Of a stretch of 64,000 bases of DNA, positions 39,392-50,392 are shown one piece after another (positions within the stretch are counted from its first letter, which is position 1; every line of letters starts with the position of its first letter). Both the position numbers and the translations under genes were made by a program. The stretch lies in the NCBI GenBank assembly GCA_030704615.1, contig CM060731.1, positions 34,658,001-34,722,000 on the forward strand, read 5' to 3'. This DNA comes from Takakia lepidozioides (Eukaryota > Plantae > Bryophyta). The notes under the pieces are model-generated. The model did no database searches, was not told the origin of the DNA, and saw nothing but the letters and a program-made list of their open reading frames with translations.

Positions 39392-42300
39392 CTATCCAAT
39401 GCAATGTGGACATAACCAATCCCCATCCGGAACCATCGCAAGAGGTGGAGTCAAGCATCCCATATGCCAACCTCTAGAGCACCGATCACATACCAGCATG
39501 GTGGCTGCCCCTTTAGCAGACCCACACAACATGCACCTCAAACCTGCAGATACCACTGCCAGGTTTGGGTCAATCCTGCCATCGACATTCGGAAGGTGAC
39601 ATGGCGCACAATTACGCACATGGTCCTTCCAAGTGATGCCATCCCGACCCTCCAAGACCAAGACGCCTGAGGGCAAGACCTCTCGAACCCTCAAAATAAC
39701 ACGTCCTGCAGTCACATCCAGGGTCGTAGGAGCAGTCTGCTGCAGATAGACATAGTCACCAGGGTTGAATCTCCGAACCCCAGGACGATAGCCCCCACCA
39801 CGTATGGTAGCATACCTCAACGTATCACGGTGTTGTGCAATGGCAAGGTTCTCGAAAGCCATGGGCATGACTCTCTTGAACAACTCTGCACGCTGCTCAC
39901 ATGCACGTGCCCACACGTCCGGATCGTCAAGGTTAAGAACTGTAGCAGCTTCTCTGCGAATGGATGTAGGCAAATCCGGCTCTCGGCCAAAGAGAAGAAA
40001 GTATGGTGAGAAAGAGGCAAGTGATGCTTGCTTGCTGAACCTGTAGCCCATGGCTAACCAGGGTAACTGAAGGTCCCAATCTCCTAGGTGTCCCTTCTGC
40101 AAGCCATACTTGCGCAAACCCCTCTTTACTGTCTGAACAACTCTCTCTGCCAAGCCATCAGCTTCAGGATGATCCCGAGAAGTGGTGCGGTGGTCTATCA
40201 AGGCTTTGTCACACAAAGCCTGAAACTCCCCCAAGAACTCTCTCCCTTGGTCCGTGAGTACCTCAGCTGGAGCACCGAATCGGCTAAGCACACAATCCAG
40301 GAATGCATACGCAGCTCCCTCACTAGCCTTATCAGGCAATGGAACAATTCAATCCACTTGGAGAAGTGCTCCACCATCACCAACACGTACTTGTTGTGGC
40401 GCATGGTCAGTGGCAACGGCCCTGCGAAGTCAAGACTCCACCTGTAGCCCAATCCCATGATCGGAAGAGGGTGCAATTGTGGAGTAGGGGCGTTGAATGA
40501 AGCACGCACCCTGTCACACACCATGCACCTAGCCACAAATTGTTGCACCTCTGTGTGCATACCACGCCACCAATACTGCCCCTGCAGTAGACTATGAGTG
40601 CGTCGCACCCCAAAATGCCCCAACTCCTCATGGGCATGCCGCACTAACCGGGCCCGCTGTGTTGGGTGAGGCACAATCCTCACTCGACCATCCTCCCACA
40701 CTCGGAGCAGGTGTGTCCCCTCCCACCTGAACCTCTTGGCTCGTTGTAGGATCCGATCCCTCTCCTTGGCAGTCATAGTGGCTGCCGTGTCTCCACTGCG
40801 GAGGTAGTCCAACACAACTGAATCCTCATGTATATCTTTGGCGCCACCCTGCTCATTGCTGGCCTCAGGGTCCTCAGACACTTGATCTACAGTCATCCCT
40901 GTTGTAGGTCCAACCTGGCCTTCCGCTGCCAAGATACACAGAAATGCAGATGCATGCCATCCGGGCACCATCTCCTCGTCCGTCTCACCATGCCACCGAG
41001 CTCCAGTGTCATCCTGCTGGCTCGTGCATGGATTGCGACTCAACCCATCTGCATTTCGATTGACCAAACCCGGTCGATGCACCACCTGAAAGTCATACTC
41101 TTGAAGGATGAGTGCCCACCGTGCAAGCTTCCCCGTAAGCTTGTCTGACTCCATCAACCACTTGAGTGGTTGGTGATCCGTGACAAGGGTGAAGAGATTG
41201 CCGTATAGATAGCACCTGAAGTGTGCCACGGCCCACACTGCAGCTAAGCATTCTCCCTCATATGAGCTATACTTAGACTCTGCAGCATTGTTCGAGCGAC
41301 TAGCATAAGCCACTACGAACTCTCTTCCCTCATCATCCACCTGTGTGAGCACCGCTCCAAGCCCCAGCATGCTCCAATCTGTATGCAGCTGAAAAGGACG
41401 CCCCCTGATAGGTCGTCTCAAGATGGGCGCCGAGGTCAACCTCGCCTTGAGCTCTTGAAAAGCTTGTTCTTGCTCATCTTCCCACTGCCACTCCTGGTCC
41501 ACCTTGGTCAGCTTGGTTAGAGCCTTTGCAATGGCACTAAATCCCTTAACAAACCGTCTGTAATAGTTTGCTAACCCCATGAAAGCTCGAACTCGGCTCA
41601 CATCCGTGGGACGTGGAACCTGTGCAATGGACTCTACCTTAGTCTGCTGTACCCCCAATCCTCCAGGATATATCATGTGACCCAGGTACTCAATCTGGTT
41701 GTGGAAAAACTTGCACTTGCCCGGATGTAACTTCAATCCGTGCGTCCTCAAGCGCTCAAATACCCCCTGAAGGTGTCTCTCATGCTCCTCCACCGCAGCA
41801 CTAAAGATGATGATGTCATCTATGTAGCACCGAGCAAACTCCACCCCTGCTAGAATCCTGTCCATGACTCTTTGAAACTCAGCGGGAGCGTTTTTAAGCC
41901 CAAATGGTAAGAACCGCCACTGGTATAGGCAATCCTTCCCGTGCTCATTGATCCCCCAGAATGCCGTCTTTTGCTTATCCGCCTCCTTGATCGGCAACTG
42001 GTGATATCCGGATCGTAAATCCAACGTGCTAAAGACCTTGGAATGCCCAATGGCATCAAAGATCTCCTCTGGTGTTGGCATGGCATACCTATCGGACTTG
42101 GTCTGACGATTTACAGGCCGGTAATCACCGCACATACGTCTCTCCGTCCAATTGCCATAGACATCCTTCTTAGCTGGCATCACTGTGGCTGAAGCATACT
42201 CTCCACCAGAGAGCTCCACCAAACCTGCCTCCCAGAGATCTTGAGTCCTCATCTGAATCAAAGACCTCTCCATGTCACTGTATCTATAGGGTCTCCGAAA

Positions 42301-42560
42301 GATTGGCGTGTCAGTGGCCAACTCAATACGGATCTCTTGACCCTTCAGTGCTCCCAAGTCCTTCAAACTGAAGGCAAAGCAATTCCTGTAAGCCCTCAGG
42401 AACCGCCGTATACGTCGTCTCTCTCCTCCGGTGACAATGGGTCCAATGTCAGGCTCCCAATTGTCCTCCGTAACTGCAACCTTAAGTCCAGTGGGCTTAG
42501 AGGTAGAGGACCGTCCCGTGGTTGCTATGCTGCAACCTCTTGAGCAGTACCCCCTTCCTG
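39392..42560 (-). CDS. RT-RNaseH-integrase-PHD (frameshift near 40346)
   Basis: RT: [28 protein letters not shown]. RNaseH: TDWS, E-CLA, TDH. Integrase: HHCC zinc finger, SLDF, TDQGREF, GLAER. C-terminal C4HC3 PHD CMLC...CDRC...H..C...WLCPHC. Confidence 0.93.
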
Positions 42561-42824
42561 CTCAGTCAATGACAAGGCCTCCTCCTGCCCCATCATTTCA
42601 TCCTTGAGAACCTCCTCATCCCGAGAAGAATCCCCAACCTCATCCATCACAGCTGCCTTCGCTGCCAACTCCCTCTGAACCTCGAGCACCTCCCACATGT
42701 GCCATGGATGTCTACACCTCGTGGTCCTCACCGGCTCGCCCCCACTCGCTGCCTGTACCGTCTCGGTAGGCAGAGAGACCGTCAAGGGAAGTGCACTCCG
42801 CACTCTACGTTGCTCAGCCATAGC

Positions 42825-43775
42825 CAAGCTGACAATCCAGGTCAAGCAATTGAGATCCATTGCTTGCCCCAACACCTGACGACGTGATGCCTCAGAAAGA
42901 GAAGGCACCGCCGTGGTCCCAGTGGAAAACCCCATAGCCCGCTCTCGCTCGTCGGCATTAGGCTCCACTAACTGCTGCAACTGAGCATCCCACAGGAGGC
43001 CAGGTCCACCATCCCGAAAAGCATGGGATCCTGGGAAGCTGAGCAGTGTAGGTAATGCTGCTCGTGGTTGACCCACCCTGTTGACCACTGCCAAAGGCGA
43101 ACGGTCATCGTGTCTCACACGTTGAGACTGCCTTCCTGTGTCCAAAATGCCATCCACGGTGAGGTGTGCTGGCCGCTGCACCCCATCAAATGCACGCTTG
43201 AGCAGTGCGGGTGGCATCAAGTTAGTCCACCATAGTCGTGGACGATGAGCCCGTGACCCCACTGCAGCTGCATCCAGCAACACTGCTGACCCAAGCCACG
43301 ACCGGACTTGATGCACACTGGCCATCACCCTGGCCCGAGAATCACCCATCAGTGGTACATTCTCCAAGATGTATGCTGGAGATACAGCTTGATGAAGCTG
43401 CAAGCAACGCAAAATCCGCACCATCTCCCAAAACAGACCCGTCCTCGAGTCTCGTAATCCATTGCCATGCCCGGCTGATGAATGCCCTTGGCAGGGCCAA
43501 CCTGCCACTATCAGATCAATAGAGCCAACCTGCTCCAAATCTTGCGCCCCCAACAAGGAAATGTCTGCTGGCAAGGCTTGTTGGTATCCACGAACTGCAG
43601 ACACAGGCAACAAGTCAGGGTACTGCTGTACCAACTGAGCCACATGGCGCAGTGAGACGCGTCGTGCAGTCTCATCCCTCTCCACATACAGGTAACGCCT
43701 TACCCGCACACCTGCCTGTAGCACAGCAGCCAATCCGGTGCTGATCCCGCCAAACAAGTCCAGAAGGCAAATGCC
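42825..43775 (-). CDS. DNMT3-like C5 cytosine DNA methyltransferase domain (within ORF 42525-44174)
   Basis: Motif I LDLFGGISTG, II YVERD, IV AGWPCQG, VI ENV, VIII AHRPRLWWTNL, IX ERAMGF, X RRQVLGQAM. Confidence 0.92.
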
Positions 43776-44083
43776 TTCATCCGGCCGCTGCCATACAAGA
43801 GGTGTGGTGTCCAATGGCGACAACTGAGGTGGCCCTGGTGCAATCACCGAACTCTCCTCCTCTCCTGACGGTACAAAAGCTTCTTCCCAAGCTTGTTGCA
43901 CCCGTCCATCAGCAGCTTGCTGCAAATCTTTGCTCGTACCCCACAACGGGGTGTGAGCAACCATGGCAGGCAACTCCGCCGTACCATGCATGTCATCCTG
44001 CTCTGCTGGAGGTGGCACATCCTCTGCATGGACATTGCCTTCCAGCAACTCTCCAGGCCAACTAACGGCAGCTGTGAAGGCGG

Positions 44084-46732
44084 CTAGTGTTGGCATCTGC
44101 CCCGCTGGGCAGCTGCAATACCCCCAATGAATGTCACAGGGAGCTGTGCACGGCGACCATCCCCTGACTGCCATCCAGGCCTGTAGGATGCTGACTCCTC
44201 CCAGAAATCCAGGGTGAAGCCCATGGGGTATAACACTGCCCCACCAACGAGGACATCGTAAGAGACCGCGTCTGTCACAATGGCCTTGGCTCGCATCACT
44301 GAGCCATCTACAGGATGATCCGGCTGCAGTCTAATAGCCAACTGATGTCGTGTCATGCCGCGAGCCTGCTCTGATCCTCCCAGAGATGTCTGTATCTGGA
44401 AAGGACAAGGCTCCATATCCGCCTCCATGAGGCCCAAACCTGCAATAGCAGCTCTGCCCAACATCAGTGGCTGAGCTCCTGAGTCTAACAAGACCCGCAG
44501 TGGCCGGTACTTCTTGCCTGCCGGTCCACTCAAAGTGAAAATGCCTCCCTGGTTGTCTAACAAGACAACTCCAGGTGTCACCATGGCGCGCTCAATGGCT
44601 GGCCTAGCTGGCAGCTCCGTCAACCTAGCAGCTGCAGCTTGCCAGGGCGCTGCCGTGGCAGTCTTGACCCTCAAATCCGAGGATCCCTCTGCCACTACAC
44701 CTTCTACTAACTCCGCAGAAGATGAAGTGACCTCCCCACTCTCACAGAGTGTTGCTGCTAGTCTGAACACTGCAGCTGGTCTCACCCCCGGCGTCGCAAT
44801 CATGGTTGCCGAGAACAATGGGGCTTGACACACAGAGGTGGCTGCTCCCAATAACACACCGGCTGCACTAGCCTTGGTAGCAGGTGTCAGTGCTGCACGT
44901 GTAGCTCTCCCCAATGGCATAGTAATCTCCGCCTCGGTAACAGTCGGGCGAGAACTAGGTGCCATGGATGGCGTTGACACTGTCTCCGCCAATGTGAATG
45001 ACTGGGGAAGCCTCGCCTGACGGCTTGCCTCCCCACGCTGTGGATCCAATTCCACCTCTGCACCTCGTGGCTCAGGAACTCGTGCTGCTCCTCGAGTCAC
45101 GGCTGCAGCAGACTCCACCTGCTCTAGTGGTAGTGCTGCTCCGCACATAAATCCCATGCCTCCCATATCTCCTCCCTCAGGAGCAGGAGGTGGACCATCC
45201 CGCCTGGGAGCCGGTACCGCCTGAGCTATAGCCATGGCAGCGAGCCTCTGCTCTAGCTGCTGAAGCCGGTTGGCCATGCCTTGATCAACGCCCTGACCTC
45301 CGCGTCCTTGGCCATGTTGAGCTTGCCCTTGGCCTGCACCTCGTGCCCGACCACCTCGTCCTCTCTGGGCTGGTCCACCTCGCCCCCGGCCACCATTGTT
45401 CCCTTGGAACTGGCCTGGGCGCAACTCAGGATGTAAGTCATAACACTGGGCATCTCCATGCCCATATTTGCCACAATGCCCACACTGCAACTGTGCAGGC
45501 TGTGCTTGTGCCGGCCTTCTGCCACTCTCTGGGCAATCTCTCTTGACATGGGGTCCTCCACATGTCCAACATATCACCCCTGGTTGCTGTTGGCCTGCAA
45601 AAGATGCCACGGGCCTCTGCACCTGAGGTCCCCTGTAAGCTCCATGGAACTTGGGCTGGGCAACCTTGCCCCCCTGACCACGCTGTTGTGCAGTCCCTTG
45701 TGCTTGTGGGCTGACAGCTGTGCCCCGTACAGGCATGTCCTTGCCAAATCCAATTGTAACAACTCGCTCCTCCACCATGTTGAGCTCAATCCGCTCAGCC
45801 AGCAGAAACACATCTGCTAATGTGGGTTGGGCTGCTTGTAACAGGGTTGCATCTCGCACCCTTCTCTTGAGCTCCTTGTCCAGAATTCCATACCAAAACT
45901 GGATTGCCTGAGCTTCAGTAACCCCTTGGGTCACACTTATCAAGCGCCTCATACGAGTGTACGCCTCTCGCAGGCTCTCACTGGGTTTGCGCTGGAAGTC
46001 TTGCAAACTTCGCAGCTTCTCTGTCCGTACACCTTGGTAGTTCCTCCGCAACTCCTGGAAGAACTCCACCACCGGGTTGAATCTAGGCACATGGGTTGTA
46101 GCTGTGGCAGGAGGAGTAGTAGCACCTTCTGAACTGGTACCACCTGCAGAAGTACCAGCACTACCTGCTCCACTACTAGTGCTGGCAGTGGGAGCTATTG
46201 GTACTGATGCAGCTACTGGTCGCGTCGTGCCTCGAGTAATGGAGATGTAGTCAGGTGACCAATACATCCTCCACTCTTCAATCTCTGCTTCATGTCCTCG
46301 CCTGAACTCGTGGTAATCGTCCATAGGCGGGCCTTCCAAATGCTGGAACAGTCCCTTCCACGCCATGAATGGGGTGAATAGATGTGGATTGCGCATCTGC
46401 TGCAAATCACACCAGCTGTCGAACTCCTGGATAAAGTCATCCAACTCGATTGTGCCCACAGCTCCAGAGTACCTACGAGGCCCCTTGGTAGCTCCATACA
46501 TCTCCTCCATGTCGTCCCACAACAATGGCGAATGAAAGTGCACACCTGTTGATGAAGCCTCCGAGCCTGTGTCTGACTCTACAGTAATTGAGGGTGGCGG
46601 TGAAGGTGGTCTGAATCGAATACCTCGTCTTGTGAACCCACTCTCACTGTTACTGCCTGTAGCCGTACTCCCCTCAAAACCCTTGGGTAACTCCGTAATG
46701 ACACTCACAATGTGCACCTCCTCCAGTGACAC
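44084..46732 (-). CDS. Gag with two zinc knuckles plus aspartic protease
   Basis: FQRKPSESLREAYTRM capsid-like segment; CWTCGGPHVKRDC and CGHCGKYGHGDAQC; RG-rich tract; protease VLLDSGA...DVLVG. Confidence 0.88.
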   Translation of the reverse strand: MSLEEVHIVSVITELPKGFEGSTATGSNSESGFTRRGIRFRPPSPPPSITVESDTGSEASSTGVHFHSPLLWDDMEEMYGATKGPRRYSGAVGTIELDDFIQEFDSWCDLQQMRNPHLFTPFMAWKGLFQHLEGPPMDDYHEFRRGHEAEIEEWRMYWSPDYISITRGTTRPVAASVPIAPTASTSSGAGSAGTSAGGTSSEGATTPPATATTHVPRFNPVVEFFQELRRNYQGVRTEKLRSLQDFQRKPSESLREAYTRMRRLISVTQGVTEAQAIQFWYGILDKELKRRVRDATLLQAAQPTLADVFLLAERIELNMVEERVVTIGFGKDMPVRGTAVSPQAQGTAQQRGQGGKVAQPKFHGAYRGPQVQRPVASFAGQQQPGVICWTCGGPHVKRDCPESGRRPAQAQPAQLQCGHCGKYGHGDAQCYDLHPELRPGQFQGNNGGRGRGGPAQRGRGGRARGAGQGQAQHGQGRGGQGVDQGMANRLQQLEQRLAAMAIAQAVPAPRRDGPPPAPEGGDMGGMGFMCGAALPLEQVESAAAVTRGAARVPEPRGAEVELDPQRGEASRQARLPQSFTLAETVSTPSMAPSSRPTVTEAEITMPLGRATRAALTPATKASAAGVLLGAATSVCQAPLFSATMIATPGVRPAAVFRLAATLCESGEVTSSSAELVEGVVAEGSSDLRVKTATAAPWQAAAARLTELPARPAIERAMVTPGVVLLDNQGGIFTLSGPAGKKYRPLRVLLDSGAQPLMLGRAAIAGLGLMEADMEPCPFQIQTSLGGSEQARGMTRHQLAIRLQPDHPVDGSVMRAKAIVTDAVSYDVLVGGAVLYPMGFTLDFWEESASYRPGWQSGDGRRAQLPVTFIGGIAAAQRGRCQH

Positions 46733-47243
46733 TATAAGGCTCTAGTACTAATCTAATAGTGACACGGGTGGGCACCTGTTGCAGTCTAAGGGTCATATCC
46801 CAATGGCTCAGGGCACCTGCACCTGCATCCACCGCAAGAACTCCTATGGTTGGCTGGTCATCAACCCAGCCTCACCATAGAAGAAACACTGGTGGTCTTG
46901 CTGGTCATCACTCCAGCCTCACCACCGACAGCATACTCTAGGATTGACCGGTGATCAAATCCGGCCTAATCCCTATGAAAGCAAGCGCCCACACAAAACC
47001 AACATGGCGCACAGTCAAGCATGCAGGTGTTGGGGGGGATCCAAACACAAGAAATCAAAACATCAACACCCCCACACCAAAATCCAGCAGCAACGCTGAT
47101 CCTGCAGAATATCCCAGCCCAAAACCCGGACTGACTGGCCTCCACCAAGAGAGGCTTTGGCAACTACAAGTATAAGGTAATGAAAATAGTACAGAGATGG
47201 AGGGGAAGAATAGAAGCCCGCCCAAGCAAGATCTAACCCTGAT

Positions 47244-47993
47244 CTATGCTATCAACTTCCAGACTTCTCTCAAAGTACCTCGCTCCGCTTGATGGTAAGG
47301 TGTAGGAGGTATATCTATGTCCAGAAACCTGCCACTAACCTTGTCCCAAGCTACAGTAGCTCGCTCTAACCAACCCTCCTCCTCTTTCTGCCAGGTAGAG
47401 ACAAAGCAACACTCTGCTATCTCCCGCTCACTGAACACTAAAGAAAACAAAGGTAGGGTCTGATAGTCTCTCAACTCGAAAGCTTTGAGACGGTTGCGGG
47501 TGTCTTCATTGCGAATGACTGCATCGCCTTCAAACAGAACAAACTTGTCCTCGCTAATGAACCCCCGCTCGTGGTTGCCTTGTGCAGAGCGTGTCCGACT
47601 GCAACACTGTCTAATTGCACAAACTTGTGCAGCTCCTGCTCCTCTGCTCCAGTACACCACGGCCTTGTGGCTGAACACCTTGGTCCCCGGTGCTGTCTTT
47701 GGCTGTGTTCCAAGCCTAGCTTTCACCCACTTTGGTATTTCACCTACAGCTGCAGAACTGCTGGCTCCAACAGAGTTCTGACTGTCCAAGGCGATATTGA
47801 GGCCCTCAATGCCAACTACAGCAGTCTGTTGTCTACTGCTAATGCCTGACTCCCAGTATGCAATCAACTCGTCCAACTGTTCTCCACTCAAATCAGTCTG
47901 AGTTCCTTGGGAAACATAAATCCTGTCCCCTTGTGTGCACAGGCTAAGAGAAGAGACCTGCCCTTCAATTACGTCCTCATTGCCCCCAGCCAT
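47244..47993 (-). CDS. Extra ORF (249 aa) upstream of gag, unknown function
   Basis: Intact ATG-started ORF in the element's sense orientation; no family recognised. Confidence 0.55.
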   Translation of the reverse strand: MAGGNEDVIEGQVSSLSLCTQGDRIYVSQGTQTDLSGEQLDELIAYWESGISSRQQTAVVGIEGLNIALDSQNSVGASSSAAVGEIPKWVKARLGTQPKTAPGTKVFSHKAVVYWSRGAGAAQVCAIRQCCSRTRSAQGNHERGFISEDKFVLFEGDAVIRNEDTRNRLKAFELRDYQTLPLFSLVFSEREIAECCFVSTWQKEEEGWLERATVAWDKVSGRFLDIDIPPTPYHQAERGTLREVWKLIA

Positions 47994-48639
47994 ACAAGGA
48001 GGACATCTACAGACTTGTCTCTCGTGTAGACCACAACAGGTTCTAGAAACAGAATTGTAGATCTTTCATAGCACACTCACACTCACACTCACCCTCAAAA
48101 AATTCCATAGATTTTTAGCAGAGTCCAAAAACTAAAACCAGGTCTGAGTATGTAGATTTCCACAATCTGTAGGTCCTCGCGCAAATTTGAGGTCAAACAG
48201 CCTTTGTATGACCAAGTTATGGCAAAAACAGGCTCTGTATAATTTAAATTGGATCAAAGCAAAGCTCCAAATGTATTTCAATAAATACAAGTATTTTTGG
48301 CGTACCCTACATGTTTCATGCGAATACCCGTAATTCCGAGGACGGATCTCTACATATGCAGGAGCTTTAAAACTGGGAGTCGGGGATTTGCTACTGGTCG
48401 GTGTAGGAAAGAAAACTTCGCAGTCTGGTGCCAAGCGTCACGAATACCACTCCAAACAGCGATGGCCTAATGCCCAAGATCCTGTCTTAACTGCGTGATT
48501 TGTTCAATCAATGGAGCCCCTTCAAGCAACTGCTTCGGTCGTTTGTACTGATCATGTCTTCTTAGCTAGCCCCCCACCCTGCCCCCTCCCTCTCACATTG
48601 TGTCAGATGAACACCTTAGCACGGAAGAGGCCATCGAGC

Positions 48640-48856
48640 AGAATTGACATCACGGTGGACATAGTGGGCCTTGGTGTAATCGTGGATGTACTCCAGCCCC
48701 CTCGCTACATCCAAGGCTATCTGCACTCTGCCTGACCACGGTAATGGCCGATGCCCATTTGCAGCAGCGTTATGAAGACGATCGGTGAGAGCTCCCTTCT
48801 CAACCAACTCGTAAACCAGGAACAGACTAGTCTCACCTGCCGAATATCCGATCAAC
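48640..48856 (-). pseudogene. Captured LysM receptor-like kinase (LYK3/CERK1-type) kinase-domain fragment
   Basis: [29 protein letters not shown]...[34 protein letters not shown]. Confidence 0.85.
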
Positions 48857-50019
48857 TCCGCCTTCGGTGGAACAACCCAACTCACAAAGAATTCAGACCA
48901 GTTCCCAACGTATCTGGAGCGACCCTAGAAATTGTATTCTCGCACGGTACATTTGGGAGTAATTGTTAACCCAACTGGCTGGCTTCCTTGGTTGGGTACC
49001 TTTGCATTCAAGACCCTTTTTTATGCAGAGTATCAAAGCAGGCGGTCTCATGGGGTCTCATACAGGTCCACGCAAATCACCAGTCCAAAGGTGGCCGACC
49101 ACTTTTCAGGCTTCAAACACCTGGCTACCAGGTACATGAATCAATGGGTTTTATACTTCGCTCTGATTTCTTCAATAGCTGATGTCGTAGCTTCCTTTGT
49201 CTGGAATGTCGCTTAGACAATCGTCTTCTGCATCCCTCATGTTGATGCAAAAGATCCGCAAGCTGGAGAATTTTTTTAAGACAAATAAAATAAAATAAAA
49301 CCCAATGTGACCAGCAGCAGCCGACAGAGGCTGATAGGTGGCAGACCTCCTACTAGCTCTCCAGCAGCCCGCAGTAGTTTGAACCTTCCACCCTGAGCCT
49401 AGCAGGCATGAAGAAGGGCGGGAATCTTCCAGCTTCCCCGAATGATACACCCGATGCAGTGAAAATCAGAATAATACAAAGCTCTACCCTGTTTCCACAA
49501 GAAAATCGCAGTGATAGAGACGTCCCAGTGAAATGATATTGCTCAAGAGTTGACGCATTACATCACCAATAAGTACAATCGACATCTGCACGCATTGGCT
49601 GATGACGTGCAATCCAACACGATGCCCAGGTAGCAGTTCCGCACACTGTCACCGCCTGCTCTACATTCTCGTGGCCTCACTAGCCCCAATACATGCTTCT
49701 ACTTGTGCTCGACTCGGTGATTTCAGATGCCACTAGTACTTGGACCGGCCCCATGGTGAAGATTGAACCTGCTCGACCTTCAGTGTCCGGCAATGCACCG
49801 GTTAACCTATATTACGGGAAGCAATACCTTCTTTCAACAATATGGGCTTCTCAGTTCAGCCCCTTCCAACAACCTTGTACAAAGCAAAGCATTCTGTTCT
49901 CGACAGATATATATATGGATTACATAATTCTCCACTTCACCAGCTCTCAAACAAGCTTTGAAACAAAAACAAGTATACTAGTGCTAACTAAAAACTCACA
50001 TCTAGCACTGACAATGCAA

Positions 50020-50035
50020 GCTCATCTTTCTCGAG
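50020..50035 (-). promoter_or_regulatory. Putative self-priming primer-binding site
   Basis: Minus-strand CTCGAGAAAGATGAGC abuts the end of repeat B and is perfectly complementary to GCTCATCTTTCTCGAG inside B (50242-50227). Confidence 0.7.
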
Positions 50036-50392
50036 TGATAAACAAAGCTAAAAAGGACATACACTTCCAACACAAGAAATATGAAATCCATCGCTATCAC
50101 TCATTGAAACTGAAGTCGAGCCAGGGGCACCCCAAGCTATGGGGACTCCACCCCACAACAACCTGTATCCCTACATAAGCACACTAAAACCTAAACACAT
50201 GCAGGAGCTCGGTCGCGCAGGCTCAACTCGAGAAAGATGAGCCGCGCGACTGCCGCTCTCGTGAAGATAAGACGGACCAGGTGTCAAACTAAACTTGACA
50301 CCTGATTTAACACTTGACCTAAATCCAAGTGTTAAATACAAATAACTAGTTTTATTCTAGCTGTTTTCACACTGTGCTTATTTAACTTGACA
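50036..50392 (-). repeat. Repeat B, 5' copy
   Basis: TGTCAAG...TTTATCA on the minus strand; two tandem perfect hairpins at 50278-50337. Confidence 0.95.

Larger units (their letters stand above)
38601..50392 (-). mobile_element. Ty3/Gypsy-type retroelement with DNMT3-like methyltransferase, PHD finger and split direct repeats
   Basis: TGT...ACA termini, 4-bp TSD AACA (38597-38600 and 50393-50396), Gypsy order PR-RT-RH-INT. The flanks rejoin into one plausible GT-AG intron. Confidence 0.93.

Noticed and set aside
48421-48445. Minus-strand TGGCACCAGAC as a tRNA PBS after a long 5' LTR
   Set aside because: It is preceded by CGCT rather than CA, and 48436-50035 has no second copy at the 3' end. 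It may be a relic but does not define the current ends.
38688-50392. Treating the two B repeats as ordinary LTRs
   Set aside because: No TSD flanks B...B, the PPT abuts A rather than B, and the TSD flanks the outer A.
38601-50392. DIRS/Ngaro tyrosine-recombinase element
   Set aside because: No R-H-R-Y recombinase ORF was recognised; a DDE integrase and a TSD are present.
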